Origin: a virus
Taxonomy: Duplodnaviria > Caudoviricetes
Direction: 5' to 3' (one strand)
IMG/VR virus record: IMGVR_UViG_3300014204_007089
Coordinates: 1 to 64,000 of that record
DNA: 64,000 bases
Part shown: positions 1 through 9,490 of the stretch, one piece after another
How the letters are laid out: the number at the start of each line of letters is the position of its first letter
Numbering within the stretch: the stretch's first letter is position 1
Position numbers and translations under genes: made by a program
The notes under the pieces: generated by a model
What the model was told of the DNA's origin: nothing
Databases searched by the model: none
Seen by the model: the letters and a program-made list of their open reading frames with translations, nothing else

Positions 1-112
1 CATGAAGCCAAAATTTAGTTTGTTGTTCCTTGGAAGGACATAATTTATATTGAAAAGTTAGCATAATTATTCTTGTAATATTCTTTGATTTTAGAAAATA
101 ATAAAATTCCAT

Positions 113-163
113 GGCAATTCATCACTCACCTAAAGGAAAGGGGCTTCTTACACGTTAGGTTAA
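113..163 (+). mobile_element. ~50-bp hairpin repeat copy 1 (IS200/IS605-end-like, PATE/MITE-like)
   Basis: GGCAATTCATCACTCACCTAAAGGAAAGGGGCTTCTTACACGTTAGGTTAA; related copies at 1855, 7496, 22691, 23226 and 55558. Confidence 0.6.
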
Positions 164-223
164 TTCTTTTGCATTAATCATTTTTTTTACTTTCTGATAC
201 AGACCTTAACTAATTTGTATTAG

Positions 224-295
224 AGCTTTCTATCGGAATCGAACCGATTTCTGAGGTTTACAAGACCTCTGCATCGCCAGCAATGCTTAGAAAGC
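224..295 (-). tRNA. tRNA-Thr(UGU)
   Basis: Reverse complement folds as a cloverleaf: acceptor GCTTTCT/AGAAAGC, anticodon arm GAGGT-CTTGTAA-ACCTC, T arm ATCGG-TTCGATT-CCGAT; followed by CTA rather than CCA. Confidence 0.92.
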
Positions 296-312
296 ATTTA
301 AATTGTAATTAG

Positions 313-383
313 TACTCCGCCAAGGACTCGAACCTTGATCGCTGAATTTAGAAGATTCTGCTGGGTAATCCCACCCACGGAGC
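313..383 (-). tRNA. tRNA-Arg(UCU), atypical D arm
   Basis: Acceptor GCTCCGT/GCGGAGT, anticodon loop CTTCTAA, T arm CAAGG-TTCGAGT-CCTTG; short non-canonical D region; followed by CTA. Confidence 0.8.
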
Positions 384-416
384 AATTATAATAATATTAT
401 CTAAATTTTATTTACT

Positions 417-899
417 CTACAATCTATTTTTTAATTCTATGATAAATACATTATTGAAATTTTGATATTTAATAATACATTCCAAATTAACCTTCTTTCT
501 AAATTCCATTACAAAATCCTTACAAAGTTTTTGATGTGTAGATATATCTACCCAATTTACCTTATCTTTAAATTCTTTTATAAATTCTTCGCTTAAATTT
601 TGTTTACTAGAAATATTACTCCAACTAACTTTGTTTTGAAATTCTCGTATAAATTCTTCACTTAAAACTTGACAAAAACTAATATTATCCCAATCAACTT
701 TATTTTGAAAATCTCGTATAAATTTTTCACTTAACTTTTGATGATAGGATACTCCTATCCAATTAAGTTTATTTTTAAATTCTCTAAGAATATCTTCAGA
801 AAAAACACATACCGAACAAGCATAATCCCAATCAATTTCATCAACATGTTCTCGAATATATTGAATATCTATTTTAACACTAAGAATATCAATTGTCAT
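417..899 (-). CDS. Tryptophan-repeat protein (~22-aa repeats)
   Basis: Tandem LSEEFIREFQNKVxWxNISxxQ units, about six copies. Confidence 0.75.
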   Translation of the reverse strand: MTIDILSVKIDIQYIREHVDEIDWDYACSVCVFSEDILREFKNKLNWIGVSYHQKLSEKFIRDFQNKVDWDNISFCQVLSEEFIREFQNKVSWSNISSKQNLSEEFIKEFKDKVNWVDISTHQKLCKDFVMEFRKKVNLECIIKYQNFNNVFIIELKNRL

Positions 900-1851
900 C
901 TATTGCCTTTTGTTTAAAAAGTTTTTCTACTTTACTATTAAATCTACATTTAAAATCCATACAAAATTTCTTGCATATTGGATCTTTGTGAGCATCGTGA
1001 TTTTCAAACCATTTATATCTTTCTATTGTATTATTACCATTAAACTTACCAATCGGCTTCCCTTTTTCTCTGACATATACTGCACATGGATAATAATCCT
1101 CACCAAATATTGTTAAATCATCTTTTATTAAATGACATTTTGATGTATCACTAAGATCAGATCCTCTCATGTTTAATCCAGAATTAAAATTTTCTATCCT
1201 AAACTTTAATAACTTATGTTTATCTAAAAGATCTTGATCAACTTCAAATTTTAATATTTTATTATATTTTGCAACTGTCATAATCCTAATATCAGTTACG
1301 CCAAGATTAGAAATAAATCGTAAAATTTCCTTATAAGAATAAATATTATCATCATTAAATACAATACCAACGCCTACATATGTTAATTTAGATAATTCAC
1401 GAATATTATTTACAACAATATCAAAAACATTTTCAACCATAGTAAATTTTTTATTAAGATCTTTTGTATGAACATCTAATGATATTGAAAATAATTCAAC
1501 ACCAGCTTCAAATAATTGTTTATAATATTCTAAATTACGTGAACCATTTGTTGATAATCCAACACGAATATTATTTAATTTTAGAAGTTTAACAATATCA
1601 ATAAGATCTTTTCTTGCAGTAGGCTCTCCTCCAGTTAAATGCACATACTTGCATTGTAAGTCTTTAAGAAAACTTACATACTCTTCAATCTTTTTAAATG
1701 ATAAATCTTTATCTTGTAAACGATTGCAATAAGGACAATTAAAATTACATTTAGATGTAATTATCCATTCACAATAAGATATTCGTCCACTAGAAATTCC
1801 AGTAACCCTATCTTCAATCATTTCTATAAAACCTATATCATTTAGTAACAT
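889..1851 (-). CDS. Radical SAM enzyme with C-terminal Cys-rich (twitch/SPASM-like) region
   Basis: CNFNCPYC (CxxxCxxC), LTGGEP, STNG, ISLD motifs; C-terminal YPC...CKKFCMDFKC. Confidence 0.9.
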   Translation of the reverse strand: MLLNDIGFIEMIEDRVTGISSGRISYCEWIITSKCNFNCPYCNRLQDKDLSFKKIEEYVSFLKDLQCKYVHLTGGEPTARKDLIDIVKLLKLNNIRVGLSTNGSRNLEYYKQLFEAGVELFSISLDVHTKDLNKKFTMVENVFDIVVNNIRELSKLTYVGVGIVFNDDNIYSYKEILRFISNLGVTDIRIMTVAKYNKILKFEVDQDLLDKHKLLKFRIENFNSGLNMRGSDLSDTSKCHLIKDDLTIFGEDYYPCAVYVREKGKPIGKFNGNNTIERYKWFENHDAHKDPICKKFCMDFKCRFNSKVEKLFKQKAIDDN

Positions 1852-1854
1852 TTT

Positions 1855-1901
1855 TTAACCTTTTTCAACAAGAAATCTTTTCTTTAGGGAGTGATAAATT
1901 G
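1855..1901 (-). mobile_element. ~50-bp hairpin repeat copy 2 (degenerate)
   Basis: Minus strand CAATTTATCACTCCCTAAAGAAAAGATTTCTTGTTGAAAAAGGTTAA; 3' tail shared with the copy at 55558. Confidence 0.55.
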
Positions 1902-1974
1902 TTGTTAAAAATATTAATATTTATGAAAATATAATTATCACAATTCTTATTTATATACTTTTTTTTTGGTAAAA

Positions 1975-2634
1975 TCACGTCCAAAGAAACTCTCGAATAT
2001 CAATTAATTCTTTTAATTTGTTTTTTATTTCATTATCACGTTCTTTTTCAAATTCAACTAATTTTTTAAGATTTTCATTTTGTTCATTATAAAAAGATTG
2101 TTCATTATAAAGATTGTTATATAATTTATCTGAATTATACGTAATAGTATAATTCATCCACCAATTATATATTTCTAAAGCTTTTTCAATCTTGCTACCT
2201 CTATCATGATTTTCTTTTTTACAAATGTCAATTTCTTTTTTAATTGAATAAATAGAATCATATTCTTTTTCTATAAAATTACAAAGAATAGCCATATTTG
2301 CATAAAGGATTTGTTCACATGGATCGCAATAGCCATATTTATAATTAATTTTATTATTTGGTCGAATATCAAGCAAATGACGTTTCTTAAAATATAATGA
2401 TTTAATTTTATAAAACCATTGATTAATTATATTATAATAATAACTTATATAATCCGGTAATGTTTCAAATATAAAGTATTTAACTGGAAATTTATATTTC
2501 ATTTCTTCATTCCAATTTTCCCAATAATATTCTTTTGTATTATTAAACTTTCCATCAAATATATTACTTGGAAGAGCATAGGGAACTTTCCAATTTAATA
2601 ATTTTTCTAACCAATTTTGTTTTGAATATTTCAT
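1975..2634 (-). CDS. Hypothetical protein
   Basis: 219-aa ORF on the coding strand; no motif recognised. Confidence 0.75.
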   Translation of the reverse strand: MKYSKQNWLEKLLNWKVPYALPSNIFDGKFNNTKEYYWENWNEEMKYKFPVKYFIFETLPDYISYYYNIINQWFYKIKSLYFKKRHLLDIRPNNKINYKYGYCDPCEQILYANMAILCNFIEKEYDSIYSIKKEIDICKKENHDRGSKIEKALEIYNWWMNYTITYNSDKLYNNLYNEQSFYNEQNENLKKLVEFEKERDNEIKNKLKELIDIREFLWT

Positions 2635-2677
2635 ATATTTTTACCAGAAAATATTATTCTATCAAAATAGCTCAGTA

Positions 2678-3208
2678 CTATTGGATTTTCTCGCCACGAT
2701 TCTCATAAATAAACGATTTTAAAATTTGAACTACCATTTCAAAAGTTTTACAAATACATAATTTATCTAAACTATGAACTATCATTATATTATCCCAAAC
2801 ATCAAAATCTTCTATTAACATTCCATCATGTGGAATTAAACGGTTATTAATAATTCGATCTTTATAATCAACTCTATAATCACAATTATAACCACAAATT
2901 ATTTTTCCTAAACCTTTTCCATATGCACATTCCCAAACAGTACCAACATCAGCGCTTGGCCCTCTAAAAGGCTCTAAATTTGCTAAAACAATATCACAGC
3001 AATTAATTTTTTCAGCATTTGATTTAAAAATTGTTTTCCCAAGATTATATTTTGTTGAAAAATCTAAATCTTTTTCATCATTATCAATTGGAAAAATTCC
3101 TTCAAAACCATAATCTTTAAGAACATAAAGTTTATAATCTTTAATTTCTTTTACATTTGATTTAAAAACATCAGGACCAGCAAGATATACTTTTTTTATT
3201 TTATTCAT
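2678..3208 (-). CDS. Nucleoside 2-deoxyribosyltransferase family protein (C-terminal half of ORF 2678..3811)
   Basis: MNKIKKVYLAGPDVF...CDIVLANLEPFRGPSADVGTVWECAYGKGLGK...EDFD...NIMI carries the family signatures; internal ATG at 3208. Confidence 0.85.
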   Translation of the reverse strand: MNKIKKVYLAGPDVFKSNVKEIKDYKLYVLKDYGFEGIFPIDNDEKDLDFSTKYNLGKTIFKSNAEKINCCDIVLANLEPFRGPSADVGTVWECAYGKGLGKIICGYNCDYRVDYKDRIINNRLIPHDGMLIEDFDVWDNIMIVHSLDKLCICKTFEMVVQILKSFIYENRGEKIQ

Positions 3209-3240
3209 TTTATTTCTATATTTTAATATTATTTTTAATA

Positions 3241-4028
3241 TTATTTTTTTATACAAACATTTATTACAAACACCACAACGATGTTTTTCAGATTGTCCAA
3301 AAAAGTCTCCTGGACACACCATCTTACGATATTCTGTAGAAAGCCCTTGCCACCAAAAATGATCTGTTGGGTTTTCCATATCTCTACCACGCAATTTGTA
3401 ATCTGGAAAAATTACAGAACCTTCCGGTAAATCTTCTGGCAAACTACCATCACTAGTCATATAGCAAATACGATTACCATTCGATTCAACAATTTGTTTT
3501 GCATATATATAATTCTCAGCATCTGCGGAAATATTAACAGTAAGATTTTTAGCATTATTTAAAATATGTATAATTGGCAATGATCTTGTATAAATCCAAT
3601 GATTCACATTTTGTGATACATTACAAACATCTACAATAAACTTAGAATATTCAATACTCATTACATCGCCAGAAACATGCCATCTAAAACCATGTTTACA
3701 ATTATCTGATATCCATTTACCAAAAATTTTAATAGATTCTAAATAAGTTTCAAATTGTTTACCATTAATATTACACATTAATAACTCTTTCGTTTTGACA
3801 ATATTTTTCATACACTTCTGGAGCGTACTTTTTTAAACCAAAAACGTAGCAATTTTCTCTACATTGTTTTGTAGAACCTGGACAGGTGGAAATATGAGGT
3901 AAACTTAAAGCATTTGGTTTTGGTTCATTATAAGTTCCATTACCGGCAGTAATTTTACTATTCCCGTCCACATAAAAACTTAAATCATTTCCCAAATCAA
4001 TTTCTTCGAAAACATATGCTGTAGCCAT
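3241..4028 (-). CDS. GP88-like Fe-S / radical-SAM-related phage protein, split by an apparent frameshift near 3775
   Basis: ORF 3771..4028 has GNSKI...SLPHISTCPGSTKQCRENCY; ORF 2678..3811 continues with FRWHVSGDV, WIYTRS, NISAD and CPG...CGVCNKC. Confidence 0.65.
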
Positions 4029-4053
4029 TTTTTCTCTCTCTTTCTTTCTTTTA

Positions 4054-4251
4054 CTAGTTTAATTCTTTATCTTTATCTTTATCTTTATCTTTATCTTTAT
4101 CTTCACAAGAAGTATAAACTTCTATAGATCCATCATAATTCATATCACATGTAATTTCACCTTCAAAATTTTCTGATAAATCTTTATGCCAAACTGCAAA
4201 TGCAATATATTCTAAAGTTTCTTCAATTGATAAATGTTTTTTAAAGATCAT
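4054..4251 (-). CDS. Small acidic hypothetical protein with (DK)n tail
   Basis: 65-aa ORF with GGAG upstream. Confidence 0.7.
   Translation of the reverse strand: MIFKKHLSIEETLEYIAFAVWHKDLSENFEGEITCDMNYDGSIEVYTSCEDKDKDKDKDKDKELN
4065..4100. repeat. (CTTTAT)6 microsatellite encoding DKDKDKDKDKDK
   Basis: Six perfect hexamers. Confidence 0.95.
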
Positions 4252-4283
4252 ATATTAACTCCATAAAATCTAATAATATTCTA

Positions 4284-4886
4284 TTAATACAACAATTCTA
4301 ATTTTGATTTAAGAAATAACACAGCATCTTTATCACTACTATAATTATTTAAATTAAATAAAGTACCATTAAAATATTTTGTAGAAGCATTTACATTTTC
4401 TTGTCTATCATCAAAAAATAAAACATCTTTTGTCCAATAATTTTCAATAAAAAAACTTTGATAAAATAATTTTGAAGGTTTTCTAGCTCCAATTTCATAA
4501 GAAAAATGTTTTATATATTCAAAATTGAATATTTCATTAAAATAAAAAGAATGATCAAAACCTATATTTGATAATAATGCTATTTCCCATCCATTACCAG
4601 ATAATTCTTTTATAAAATCTGAAATTTCATTTGAAATTGAAATAATATTCATCCAAACATAATATATTTGATCTAGATCTTCTTTGCTAATATTTGGGAA
4701 AAAATTATTAAAACTTTGCTTAATTCCATACATACCAAGATCCATACCGATTTGAATTCCTTCTATAAAATTACTTGCAGCTTCTTTATTTATAAATAAT
4801 TTTTTATCTACTAAAAAATTATTAAATTTTTCTAAATCAACATGACAAATAACATTTCCTATATCAAACGCAACTTTTTTTATCAT
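4284..4886 (-). CDS. HAD-superfamily phosphatase
   Basis: Motif I FDIGNV, motif II LLSN, motif III RKP, motif IV FFDDRQENV. Confidence 0.88.
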   Translation of the reverse strand: MIKKVAFDIGNVICHVDLEKFNNFLVDKKLFINKEAASNFIEGIQIGMDLGMYGIKQSFNNFFPNISKEDLDQIYYVWMNIISISNEISDFIKELSGNGWEIALLSNIGFDHSFYFNEIFNFEYIKHFSYEIGARKPSKLFYQSFFIENYWTKDVLFFDDRQENVNASTKYFNGTLFNLNNYSSDKDAVLFLKSKLELLY

Positions 4887-5743
4887 GTAATTAACCTTTC
4901 ATCTAAAGTTTTAAAAGTTTTTTTAATATTTAATTCAATAAATATTTTTTTCTTATCTACTTCTTTTTTTATAAAATCTATATTATTAGATCTTCCAATA
5001 TTACGAGCCACTCCATACCATTGACTCAAATGTCCATTTAATATTTGTTCTAATTCTAAAGGATTAGGACTAACAAAAAATTGTTTTCCAGAATATAAAC
5101 AATCTGATATAAAACTAGTTTCTCCAGTTGTTATTAGAGAATTTGATATACATTTTTTATATAAATCTAATTCAAAATTATTTTCTGTTATTATATTTGG
5201 TTTATTATAATAAGGTCTAATCCATTCAAAACCATCTTTAAGCACTGGTCTACAAGATATATCACATAGTGGAGAATAAATCAAATAAAAATCTGCAATG
5301 GGTAATAAATTAAAATATTTTCTAAAATTACCAAATAAATTATAATCTAATTCTTTTTGAACATGATGTATTCCAACAATTTGTAGTAATGGACTACAAT
5401 AATACAATGGTACTTCTAATACTTTAGCAACCATTGCTGTAAAAAATTCACAATCACTTATAACTAAATTAGGATTCCATTCTGATAAATTATTAATAAT
5501 TAAATCTGCTAAATTATGATTTATATTAGGACCAAAAACACCAAATTTTTCTTTAAAATAATTTAAACTTCTAAATTTTGGTTGGTATAAAGCATCTAAA
5601 CACCAATCAATAGATTTGAGATATTGATGATTTTTATAATAAGCAGCTATTCTAATTTCATGAATAGAAGAAAGATGATTAATAATCCTTGATGCCATAA
5701 TATTAGATCCTAAACAATTATTGGCACCAATTAATATTTTCAT
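4883..5743 (-). CDS. GT-B fold glycosyltransferase-like protein
   Basis: MKILIG...GSNIMASR, PNLVISDCEFFT, TTGETSFISDCLYSGK...P...EQILNG resemble MJ1255/GT1-like glycosyltransferases. Confidence 0.65.
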   Translation of the reverse strand: MKILIGANNCLGSNIMASRIINHLSSIHEIRIAAYYKNHQYLKSIDWCLDALYQPKFRSLNYFKEKFGVFGPNINHNLADLIINNLSEWNPNLVISDCEFFTAMVAKVLEVPLYYCSPLLQIVGIHHVQKELDYNLFGNFRKYFNLLPIADFYLIYSPLCDISCRPVLKDGFEWIRPYYNKPNIITENNFELDLYKKCISNSLITTGETSFISDCLYSGKQFFVSPNPLELEQILNGHLSQWYGVARNIGRSNNIDFIKKEVDKKKIFIELNIKKTFKTLDERLIT

Positions 5744-5745
5744 TA

Positions 5746-6060
5746 TTATTTACCTTCTATATTTGCTATCCATGCCAAAACATGTCCATGACAAAGTTTT
5801 GGTGAACAAAAACAACCAAGAATTTTATTATTTAATTCTCGTTTAATATCTTTTATTAATTCTGGTTGAGAACGTACCCATTCTTCATACTTTAGAATTG
5901 CTTCTGAACGATTTTCGACACGAAACTTTCCTAATGTACCATCTTCAAATACAAATGGACATCCCCATTTTGAAGGTCTTCCAATATAAACATCGTATGG
6001 AGTTTTGCTACGGTTAACTACATATTTCCATACTTTACTAATTTTAGTAATATCAAACAT
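5746..6060 (-). CDS. DUF4326-like protein
   Basis: DVYIGRPSKWGCPF...LGCFCSPKLCHGHVLA. Confidence 0.85.
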   Translation of the reverse strand: MFDITKISKVWKYVVNRSKTPYDVYIGRPSKWGCPFVFEDGTLGKFRVENRSEAILKYEEWVRSQPELIKDIKRELNNKILGCFCSPKLCHGHVLAWIANIEGK

Positions 6061-6763
6061 TATTCCAAGTCCAAACTTTATGAATTACATGTCCCCAATT
6101 AAGACCATCCCATATAATTGTACTACCAGGAATTCTTTCCAATAATTCTTTATATGTGAACCCTTGCTCCATATTTAATATTAAAAATCCTCGTTTAGCT
6201 TTTGATACTATTTTAATTAAATATTCTTCTTGCAATTGTTTTGGAAATTCAGTAAAGGCAAAATTTGATATTACTAAATCATATTCAGATTCTTCTATTT
6301 TAGATTTAAAAGAATATGGACATTTAGTAGTGAATTTTGACAAATACTTTTCAGTTAATGCACATGCACCTGGCAAATCTATAAATACATAATGTTTAAT
6401 ACTAAAAATAGTATCTAATGCCAAAAACTGTCCACCATATCCAATACCAATTTCACAAATATTAAGATTATCAATTGTTCTAAAACGTTTTTTTATATCG
6501 CAAAGAATTTTAATATATCTTAAAGTAGTTGGGCTTAGAAAATATTTTCCATATTGAGTTTTATTAGGATTACCAATAGAATCATTTGGAAATAATCCTA
6601 TAAAATTATTAGCATCTGGAATATTACTATAATAAGTAAGTCCTTCGTTTTTTGGTACATGTTCTAAAATTTCATTATATATTAAATTTGTTTTGAAATT
6701 TTCAAATATTCTATCATCTTTCACAGCATCAAAACAAAAACCTTCATATTTCCCGTAAACCAT
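6053..6763 (-). CDS. Putative sugar O-methyltransferase (SAM-dependent)
   Basis: SPTTLRY, ICEIGIGYGG, IDLP, DLVISNFAFTE motifs. Confidence 0.75.
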   Translation of the reverse strand: MVYGKYEGFCFDAVKDDRIFENFKTNLIYNEILEHVPKNEGLTYYSNIPDANNFIGLFPNDSIGNPNKTQYGKYFLSPTTLRYIKILCDIKKRFRTIDNLNICEIGIGYGGQFLALDTIFSIKHYVFIDLPGACALTEKYLSKFTTKCPYSFKSKIEESEYDLVISNFAFTEFPKQLQEEYLIKIVSKAKRGFLILNMEQGFTYKELLERIPGSTIIWDGLNWGHVIHKVWTWNNV

Positions 6764-6798
6764 AATTATCTAAACCTTATATATTTAACCTAACAATA

Positions 6799-7443
6799 TT
6801 ATTTATAACTATTTTCAAAAGCAACACGTAAAGGTTCTTCAAGAACTTCTAAAATCTTTTCAAATAGATCTTTGGTCATTTTCACATCACCATCAGCTCT
6901 ATGTGCTTTTGCTTTAATAATGCTAAAATCTTTTACTAAAGCACCAAGACCATATCTTGGTCTTTTTTTACCAGTACAAAGATCAATGATTCTTGCTAAT
7001 TGCATTGTATCAATAATAAACCCTTGATTTCTTCGACCATCTTTCCCATCAATCCAATATCCAAATGGAAAATCATCCTCATGACCAAGTTTTCTCCATA
7101 GAGCTAATAAAAAATTATAATCAAAATCTGGGTTTTGTCCAATGAATACTCGTTCTTCTGCTGCAGCACCATCTTCCATGATCCACATTTCTATTTCTGG
7201 TAAAACCTCAGAAGGTGAACGATATTTTTCTCTACCTTCCTTTGTTTTATGTAAAATATCTTCTTTTAAGTGTTTGTTTATTCTTAAAGCTTCTTCTTCA
7301 ATGTTTTCAGGAGCTAATGGAATTAGCCACCAAGTTTTACTTTCAGGTTCTCCTAAACGCCAAAAACATAATTCAATAATATCATGTTTATCTGGATTAA
7401 GTCCAGTTGTCTCACAGTCACATACATATTTAACATAACTCAT
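6799..7443 (-). CDS. DEDDh 3'-5' exonuclease (DnaQ/RNase T-like)
   Basis: DCETTG, GQNPDFDYNFL, IDT, HRADGDV. Confidence 0.9.
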   Translation of the reverse strand: MSYVKYVCDCETTGLNPDKHDIIELCFWRLGEPESKTWWLIPLAPENIEEEALRINKHLKEDILHKTKEGREKYRSPSEVLPEIEMWIMEDGAAAEERVFIGQNPDFDYNFLLALWRKLGHEDDFPFGYWIDGKDGRRNQGFIIDTMQLARIIDLCTGKKRPRYGLGALVKDFSIIKAKAHRADGDVKMTKDLFEKILEVLEEPLRVAFENSYK

Positions 7444-7495
7444 TATTATTTCTCCAAATTAATTTACCAAAGAATTTGCTATTTTTAATTCTCAT

Positions 7496-7543
7496 GTGAA
7501 CTACCCTTACCTAAAGGTAAGGGCTTCTTGCACATTAGGTTAA
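7496..7543 (+). mobile_element. ~50-bp hairpin repeat copy 3 (perfect stem)
   Basis: GTGAACTACCCTTACCTAAAGGTAAGGGCTTCTTGCACATTAGGTTAA; stem CCCTTACCT/AGGTAAGGG. Confidence 0.65.
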
Positions 7544-7657
7544 ATTGAGTCAATGATTTTCATCCTGTTTATTGTTGTAGCAACAAACCTTGGTTATGGC
7601 ATACTTTAACAAACTATGCAAATGAAAAATTACTTTTTCAAAATATTAATTTATATT

Positions 7658-7810
7658 TTACTGAACAGATGGAGATAATCTATTAAAATGATGTAAAAAC
7701 ATTGATTTAATATTTTCATCAACGGGAATTTGAATTACACTTCCAAATTCATTGGTAAAAATCATAAATGATTGTAATCCTATTTTTTTAGTTCCTTGAA
7801 AAATAATCAT
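7658..7810 (-). CDS. Small hypothetical protein (50 aa, below the ORF-track cutoff)
   Basis: MIIFQGTKKIGLQSFMIFTNEFGSVIQIPVDENIKSMFLHHFNRLSPSVQ; ATGA overlap with the upstream stop. Confidence 0.55.
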   Translation of the reverse strand: MIIFQGTKKIGLQSFMIFTNEFGSVIQIPVDENIKSMFLHHFNRLSPSVQ

Positions 7811-8157
7811 ATTAAATCTTTAATTTGTCTTTTAAAATCAGATACTGATTTCCACCCTTGTTTAACACCATTAATAATAAATAAAACACCAGCAGGAGTT
7901 CTTAAGAACTCTTTTTCTATAGATGAAAATCTATTCCCTGTAATAAGTAGTGTTTTGGTATTATTTACCAAAATTTGCCAATCTTCAGAATCAGATTTGG
8001 AAATTCTTTTTACTCTAATTAATTTTCCTGGAACATAATCATCTTCATTAAACAATTCAGATTCTTGTTTCAGAATACTGGTGTTTTTAGAATATCCTTC
8101 ATCATAAAAAAATTGATCATTTTCTATTGAATATTTATCATATGAATGTGTTTTCAT
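7807..8157 (-). CDS. Hypothetical protein (probable start MKTHSY at 8157)
   Basis: ATGA overlap with the stop of 8154..9395; the longer track start overlaps that gene. Confidence 0.7.
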   Translation of the reverse strand: MKTHSYDKYSIENDQFFYDEGYSKNTSILKQESELFNEDDYVPGKLIRVKRISKSDSEDWQILVNNTKTLLITGNRFSSIEKEFLRTPAGVLFIINGVKQGWKSVSDFKRQIKDLI

Positions 8158-9395
8158 TTTGCAACTCCTTCTGCAGCAGCAGCTCCGGTAATACCAGCAG
8201 CCGCAATTCCTTTTATACCAGTGCATTCTCCAGTTACAAACAATCCATCAATTTCAGTTTCTAAATTATTAGCTATATTAATAGTATTAACATTTGTATC
8301 AATATCAGGAATATGAAAATATCCTCTATTAATTAAATTAGGGAAAATAGATTCTAATTCACGCAATGTAGATAATATCCAATTATATTCTGGCATTTGC
8401 GTTAAATCTCCAAAACCTTGAATAAATGTTTTTATTTTTTCTCTACCAACTCTATCTCCAGAAAGTAAATGTGATAATTTGGCAATACGATCTAAATAAG
8501 AACATGGATCTTTATCAATCTGAATATTTCTTTTTATAGAGAAAAATACTTTATCAGTTTTCCATCTATCTTCATTAGATCTGAATGATGCTATTGTCAT
8601 ATCATCATGATCTTCTTGAATAACAGAACCCATCCAACTAATTGGTCCTACTTCAAGATCTGGTTTTAAAAATGAACAATGAGATTTTTGAAAATCTTTT
8701 AAGGCTAATGATGGCATTTCTACTCGTATACCATATTTTACAGTATTATTATATTGTAAAATACCTAGTTTCTTATAACTATCATTTATCCATCTCCAAC
8801 CACTTCTACCTACGCTTAAAATAACACGTTTACATTTAAAATCACCTTGAGAAGTATATATAGAAAAGTTTTTTTTATCTTTCATAAAACTATAAACTTC
8901 AGTATCAAAACAAAGATGAACATTTCCAGCTTCTTCTATTTTATCAGCTAAATTTTTAGCTAGATGATGAATTTGATCTGGCATCCACTGTTCAAAAGTA
9001 TGTAATTTAAAATTAAAACCACCATTTTCTATATTTTTTATAACTTGAGGATTTGGTAATTTATTTTTAACTATTTTTTGAGTAGATATTTCTGCTAGTT
9101 GAGATTCAAACCAACTTTTAACAGAACGAATTTTTCTACCATCTACAATTTCCAATACTTTATTAGTATCTTCTTCTAAATAAATTTTTCCATCACCTGT
9201 AGGAAAACATCCAAGCCATCCTTCTAGTTGTCTTCTACGACGTTTAATACGTACAGGATCTTCTCTTAAACAATTAGGAGGAGGAGGTCCAAATTCAAAA
9301 ACAACTACTTTTAAATGTTTATGTTTTTCAGCTAAACGTAAAGCTGCGAAAACTCCAGAGACGCCAGCACCAATAATTCCAATATCGTAATTCAT
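8154..9395 (-). CDS. FAD-dependent oxidoreductase
   Basis: N-terminal GIIGAGVSG dinucleotide fold, GDGK, VGRSG, C-terminal ETEIDGLFVTGECTG.KGI..A. Confidence 0.85.
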   Translation of the reverse strand: MNYDIGIIGAGVSGVFAALRLAEKHKHLKVVVFEFGPPPPNCLREDPVRIKRRRRQLEGWLGCFPTGDGKIYLEEDTNKVLEIVDGRKIRSVKSWFESQLAEISTQKIVKNKLPNPQVIKNIENGGFNFKLHTFEQWMPDQIHHLAKNLADKIEEAGNVHLCFDTEVYSFMKDKKNFSIYTSQGDFKCKRVILSVGRSGWRWINDSYKKLGILQYNNTVKYGIRVEMPSLALKDFQKSHCSFLKPDLEVGPISWMGSVIQEDHDDMTIASFRSNEDRWKTDKVFFSIKRNIQIDKDPCSYLDRIAKLSHLLSGDRVGREKIKTFIQGFGDLTQMPEYNWILSTLRELESIFPNLINRGYFHIPDIDTNVNTINIANNLETEIDGLFVTGECTGIKGIAAAGITGAAAAEGVAK

Positions 9396-9490
9396 AAATA
9401 TTTTAATTGTGACTGTATTTCTTTAACATTCACTTATTAAATAATATAACGACAATATCTTAATCTAATTAAAAAAAATAAAATTAAATA

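Noticed and set aside
8158-8226. Cys-rich N-terminus MHWYKRNCGCWYYRSCCC of ORF 7807..8226 as a RiPP-like peptide
   Set aside because: It is an alternative-frame reading of the oxidoreductase 3' end; the real start is probably the ATG at 8157
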